The notes under the pieces are model-generated. The model saw nothing but the letters and a program-made list of their open reading frames with translations, was not told where the DNA came from and made no database searches. A stretch of DNA of 64,000 nucleotides from a virus, in the IMG/VR virus record IMGVR_UViG_3300045988_082153, positions 1 through 64,000 of that record; one strand, written 5' to 3'. A program made the translations under genes and the position numbers. This document shows positions 60,802-64,000 of the stretch, in pieces; position 1 is the stretch's first letter; each line of letters starts with the position of its first letter.

Positions 60802-61043
60802 AATGCAAAGATATAGGGTTGTTGATGAAAGATGGTTTTAAGTTTAGAGGGACGTTCAATCCATCATGTGATGATGAATTGAACGTAGAAGTGAAACTCC
60901 CGGCACAACCTTGGTATTTGTGGGTAGTGCTTTGGATCCTCATTGTAGGGGAGGTATATGCACCGTTCCTTGGTGTTGCAGTGAATACCTCTCCTACGTA
61001 GCTTGTAGAGCATGTTAGCCCTGCGTTTGGGATGGCGCATGAA

Positions 61044-61484
61044 TTACACGCTAATGCCTAACCCAAGTAAAGGCAACATCATTTCAAATTGTCTTCCCTC
61101 ATCGCCCTGCTTGTAGAACTCAGGAGAAATGATGGCGAACCCTTTCTTTTTCAAGTTCTCTATTTTGGCTGCAACCTCCTCCAACATCTTGTCGTCAGCT
61201 CCACCAAGAGTTAGCAGAGATATAGCCTTGTTGATACTTCCATGAGTTAAAGGGAAACACACCATTGCGACTTGTCCCTCATCAAACACGTTGTAGGAAT
61301 TCTCGAACACCTGCTTAGGCGACCAAGAGTCGTAGGTGCTGCCGTCTGGGTTGTTGTACTGTACGTGATAACCTTCACGCCATTCGTGGTTGTCCTCGTT
61401 CTTGCGAGCGTAACCTTTCTCTACTGCGGCCAATTCGTTCATAGGTTCGGCCTTAACCTGTTTTGTTCCGATGTAAGTTTTCAT
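61044..61484 (-). CDS. conserved phage hypothetical protein
   Basis: MKTYIGTKQVKAEPM...GYHVQYNNPDGSTYDSWSPKQVFENSY is an N-terminal domain recurrent in phage genomes (recalled, not searched). Confidence 0.45.
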   Translation of the reverse strand: MKTYIGTKQVKAEPMNELAAVEKGYARKNEDNHEWREGYHVQYNNPDGSTYDSWSPKQVFENSYNVFDEGQVAMVCFPLTHGSINKAISLLTLGGADDKMLEEVAAKIENLKKKGFAIISPEFYKQGDEGRQFEMMLPLLGLGISV

Positions 61485-61554
61485 TGTTTTATTGTTTTAT
61501 GTTTACCATGACGTTTCAAACACACTCCACATTTGATGAAAGTGTTTTTGTTGA

Positions 61555-61848
61555 TCATCTTCTTGCCTTTCTTTTGCGTTTAGGGTTACGGATTGGGTAC
61601 AGCCTGCCGAATTCATCGTGCCACGCATCGTAGCCGTGTCCGTGTTCGACGCGCCCTCCGGGATAGGAGCGTGAGTAGATGAGGACACGTCCCCACTTGT
61701 CCATGACGTAGCAGGTGCTGTAGTTCTTGCCTCTTATTGACAGGCTCCAGTGTTCGCGGATGCGAAGGTAGAGGTACATGGCCTTGTTGGTAAGGCGTTG
61801 AGGCATTACCTTGTAGTTGTCGATTTTTCGTGCAATTCTTCTTTTCAT
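61555..61848 (-). CDS. small basic protein, M-x-R-(Q/I)-ARKI family member
   Basis: Starts MKRRIARKIDNY. Overlaps its neighbour by 4 nt. Confidence 0.4.
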   Translation of the reverse strand: MKRRIARKIDNYKVMPQRLTNKAMYLYLRIREHWSLSIRGKNYSTCYVMDKWGRVLIYSRSYPGGRVEHGHGYDAWHDEFGRLYPIRNPKRKRKARR

Positions 61849-62063
61849 ACGAATTTGTTTCTTGAAAGTTTTTCTTTATAATAGAATGGCTTAATCTTGC
61901 CGTCCGCTACGCCATTCCAATAGTAGCGGAGAGCCTTTTTAATTTGCGGTTGGCGGTATGTTGCACACCACTGGAGAGCACGGTCGAACCATGCGCTGCT
62001 CATGCGGTCGATTGGGGTGTACTTTACCATGCGGACTATTTTCCGGGCTTGTCGTGAGCGCAT
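61845..62063 (-). CDS. small basic protein, M-x-R-Q-ARKI family member
   Basis: Starts MRSRQARKIVRM. Confidence 0.4.
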   Translation of the reverse strand: MRSRQARKIVRMVKYTPIDRMSSAWFDRALQWCATYRQPQIKKALRYYWNGVADGKIKPFYYKEKLSRNKFV

Positions 62064-62281
62064 CCTTTCTCCTCCTTTTTGTCGGAATAATCGACCTTTA
62101 ATACAAATTTTCTGCCAATATATTCTTTTCTACCCCGAAGATCTTTGAGTGTCAGACCTTTTGGAACTTTAATATGCTTACACATATATAGTGACACTCT
62201 AAGGTTTTTGACATCGACATTTTTTGAACGATGGTCTGTAATTTCGATGCAGCGCATTGTCAGCTTATAAACTTTATTCAT
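62036..62281 (-). CDS. hypothetical protein
   Basis: 81-aa ORF in the operon array. Confidence 0.35.
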   Translation of the reverse strand: MNKVYKLTMRCIEITDHRSKNVDVKNLRVSLYMCKHIKVPKGLTLKDLRGRKEYIGRKFVLKVDYSDKKEEKGCAHDKPGK

Positions 62282-62324
62282 TGCTTATGACCACTAATTT
62301 ATAACCATATTTTAGAGTTGTATC

Positions 62325-62936
62325 TTATTTTACAAGATAAAAATTGTAAACGAAAACCCAAGGGTTGCTCTCCCATGTGCCCTTGCCGCTGATTTTGTCT
62401 ATCAGGGCAGCGTAGGCTTCTTTCGCTGTTCTGAACGAGGAGTTGGCAAGACCGTGATACCAATACGTCGTGCCTTCAAGCCCTACGTTGTCGTCACGCC
62501 AAATGCCTTCTTTTAGGCAATCTTCTTCGCTGATGTCTTGCAGACGTTCTACGCGGATGTTGGTAATGCGAATATGATGGGGCATAAGGTCTGCACGGAC
62601 AAACATCTTGTTGTTGCACCCTCTCTCGTATTTGATGCACTCCAAAGGCATTCCGTTTTTGCCACAAAGACGGTAAAATTCATCGTTCTTTATCAAATCT
62701 TCGTATTTCTGGGCGATGGCTATGGTTTCGCCTATTTTATAGTGGGCGGTTTTAAACCTGTTGTTGCAAAGCGTAAGCAGAGCCTGCCCATTGTCGAGCT
62801 TTTTGAGTTGAAAATCTTCACCATCAAACACAACAAACCCGTTTTGCGTATAGACTATTCTTCTTGTCTGCGTCTTTCGACCGTCAAGTACGGCTTGTGT
62901 TAAGCCGCACTCGTCGTTGAACATTATCTTTTTCAT
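62325..62936 (-). CDS. ASCH (PUA-like) domain protein
   Basis: MKKIMFNDECGLTQAVLDGRKTQTRRIV...HYKIGETIAI...MPHHIRITNIRVERLQDISEEDCLKEGI is the typical ASCH pattern. Confidence 0.6.
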   Translation of the reverse strand: MKKIMFNDECGLTQAVLDGRKTQTRRIVYTQNGFVVFDGEDFQLKKLDNGQALLTLCNNRFKTAHYKIGETIAIAQKYEDLIKNDEFYRLCGKNGMPLECIKYERGCNNKMFVRADLMPHHIRITNIRVERLQDISEEDCLKEGIWRDDNVGLEGTTYWYHGLANSSFRTAKEAYAALIDKISGKGTWESNPWVFVYNFYLVK

Positions 62937-62969
62937 AAAAATATTATTAATAAGTTTGAGTATTTAAAT

Positions 62970-63158
62970 CTATCGTCCGAGCGGCTCTGGAGGTATCGCA
63001 CGACTAAATTTGCGTACGATACGCTCGGCACGGCGTATGCGTTCGTCAATGAGTGTTAGTAGAAGCACGTTAGAAGGACGCACGTCATATCTATTCCAAT
63101 AGTTAGCCGTTCTACGCCCTGATCTCTTGATGATTTTTCTCGCTTGCCGAAGTTTCAT
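62970..63158 (-). CDS. small basic protein, M-x-R-Q-ARKI family member
   Basis: ATG at 63158 (MKLRQARKIIKR). The track ORF starts further upstream. Confidence 0.4.
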   Translation of the reverse strand: MKLRQARKIIKRSGRRTANYWNRYDVRPSNVLLLTLIDERIRRAERIVRKFSRAIPPEPLGR

Positions 63159-63160
63159 AT

Positions 63161-63619
63161 TTATACTTTTAGTTCTGCGTTCAACCCCAACGCCCAAAGG
63201 ATATGTTGAAGTTCGTGGATGTATTTAATTTTTCGTAACAGAGCATAATCGTACAAACTACAATACTTAATGAAAACGACCCAATTACCACTTTTCCGCT
63301 CTACCGCCAAATATCTCGCAAGAGAATACTCCTCGTTATCAAGAGGCTTTGTATAGTATTCACCAACGGCTTCTTCCTTAAAATCATTTTTGTTGAGTAT
63401 TTCGGGTGTAACGGGTATGCCTTCGACATTGCAACACCAAACGCCCCAAGGACCGTCGTCGTCATCGTTGATAGCACTTAGACTGACAACTCCTTTTTTA
63501 TCATTAAAAACTTTTAGGGGATTTATATCAGAAACAACGCACATTGTGCCTTTCGGAAACGCGCAATCGCGACTCACCCTTACAAAGTCGCCTGTTCTTA
63601 GGTCTTCTGCTTTAATCAT
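63161..63619 (-). CDS. hypothetical protein
   Basis: 152-aa ORF. C-terminal KYIHELQHILWALGL motif seen in other phage proteins (recalled). Confidence 0.4.
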   Translation of the reverse strand: MIKAEDLRTGDFVRVSRDCAFPKGTMCVVSDINPLKVFNDKKGVVSLSAINDDDDGPWGVWCCNVEGIPVTPEILNKNDFKEEAVGEYYTKPLDNEEYSLARYLAVERKSGNWVVFIKYCSLYDYALLRKIKYIHELQHILWALGLNAELKV

Positions 63620-63900
63620 TTGTCGCCTCCTTTGTTTTGGAATGGTTTATCTGGAAGCAAACACCAGTATTTCCACTTGTATTCAGCTTTGTTTGGTACA
63701 GGCAATCCCATTTCGTTATACATAGGTGACGGATTGTCAATGTTGGCAATTCGCTTACAAGCATTGCGTAACAAGGCTTGGAATTTATCTGTAGCTTCTT
63801 TTGTCTTGCGGAATGTTAAACGAGTGAAACCACGTTCGCTAAGAAGTACTATCTCTTTGTTGAACGGTGGCAATTCGTCTGAAAGTTTAATCCATTTCAT
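63616..63900 (-). CDS. hypothetical protein (DUF551-like N-terminus)
   Basis: MKWIKLSDELPPFNKEIVLL resembles the DUF551 start. Confidence 0.35.
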   Translation of the reverse strand: MKWIKLSDELPPFNKEIVLLSERGFTRLTFRKTKEATDKFQALLRNACKRIANIDNPSPMYNEMGLPVPNKAEYKWKYWCLLPDKPFQNKGGDK

Positions 63901-64000
63901 ACTGTACCTCCTTTCTTCACCATTTCGGGATTGTCGTAGATGTTTCCAACAACCTCAACATCGCCTTCATAATCGTTGACAACGACTCCGTATAACGACC
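63897..64000 (-). CDS. YopX-family protein, C-terminal fragment (continues beyond window)
   Basis: The reverse-strand translation ends ...YGVVVNDYEGDVEVVGNIYDNPEMVKKGGTV*. VIGNIY(D/E)NPE is the YopX C-terminal hallmark. Its stop overlaps the next ATG. Confidence 0.55.
   Translation of the reverse strand, partial: SLYGVVVNDYEGDVEVVGNIYDNPEMVKKGGTV

Larger units (their letters stand above)
1..64000. mobile_element. Temperate phage / prophage genome segment (Bacteroidales-like), no host flank in window
   Basis: Contiguous phage modules: recombination, repressor/integrase, terminase/portal/capsid, tail fibre, lysis. Several TAnnTTTG (Bacteroides -7 type) motifs lie just upstream of start codons. 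Genes are tightly packed with ATGA/TAATG overlaps. Confidence 0.85.

Noticed and set aside
60819-61001. 60-aa plus-strand ORF in the 60802-61043 gap
   Set aside because: It starts at a non-ATG codon, is isolated on the opposite strand to all neighbours, and has no motif or promoter element. The gap more likely holds the promoter of the 60433-60801 gene.

Overview
The whole 64-kb window reads as one temperate Bacteroidales-type phage or prophage genome. No host flank is visible, so it is either a free or circularly permuted genome or the interior of a larger prophage. The tail gene set is small, which suggests a short-tailed phage. Layout: (i) 1-7808, minus strand, early/recombination module: DUF1064-like nuclease, HU, SNF2 helicase, PDDEXK exonuclease, RecT-like annealase, HTH protein and small membrane/lipoproteins. 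(ii) 7809-11146, lysogeny module: divergent switch region, XRE-type repressor translationally coupled to a lipoprotein, an acidic protein and a tyrosine integrase. (iii) 11147-11840, a ~700-bp ORF-free region packed with a palindromic AACCCC-N3-GGGGTT motif. (iv) 12285-50625, virion module: a 6640-aa polyvalent protein (ParB-like, pyrophosphatase-like, N6-adenine methyltransferase, SNF2-type helicase and HExxH metallopeptidase regions), portal, an inverted terminase cassette, scaffold, capsid and a 2740-aa tail fibre. (v) 50483-53138, a complete diversity-generating retroelement (DGR). Its 116-bp VR at the tail-fibre C-terminus differs from the TR only at template adenines. A HigB/HigA-like toxin-antitoxin pair sits where Avd normally sits. 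(vi) 53801-55847, lysis cassette with an Amidase_3 endolysin. (vii) Three tandem paralogs, a 956-aa minus-strand virion protein, and a run of small minus-strand early genes (ASCH, YopX fragment). The most notable items are the non-canonical DGR, the giant polyvalent protein, and a ~59-aa module shared between the prophage lipoprotein and the extreme N-terminus of the giant protein. All family calls come from motif recognition by eye. No searches were run.
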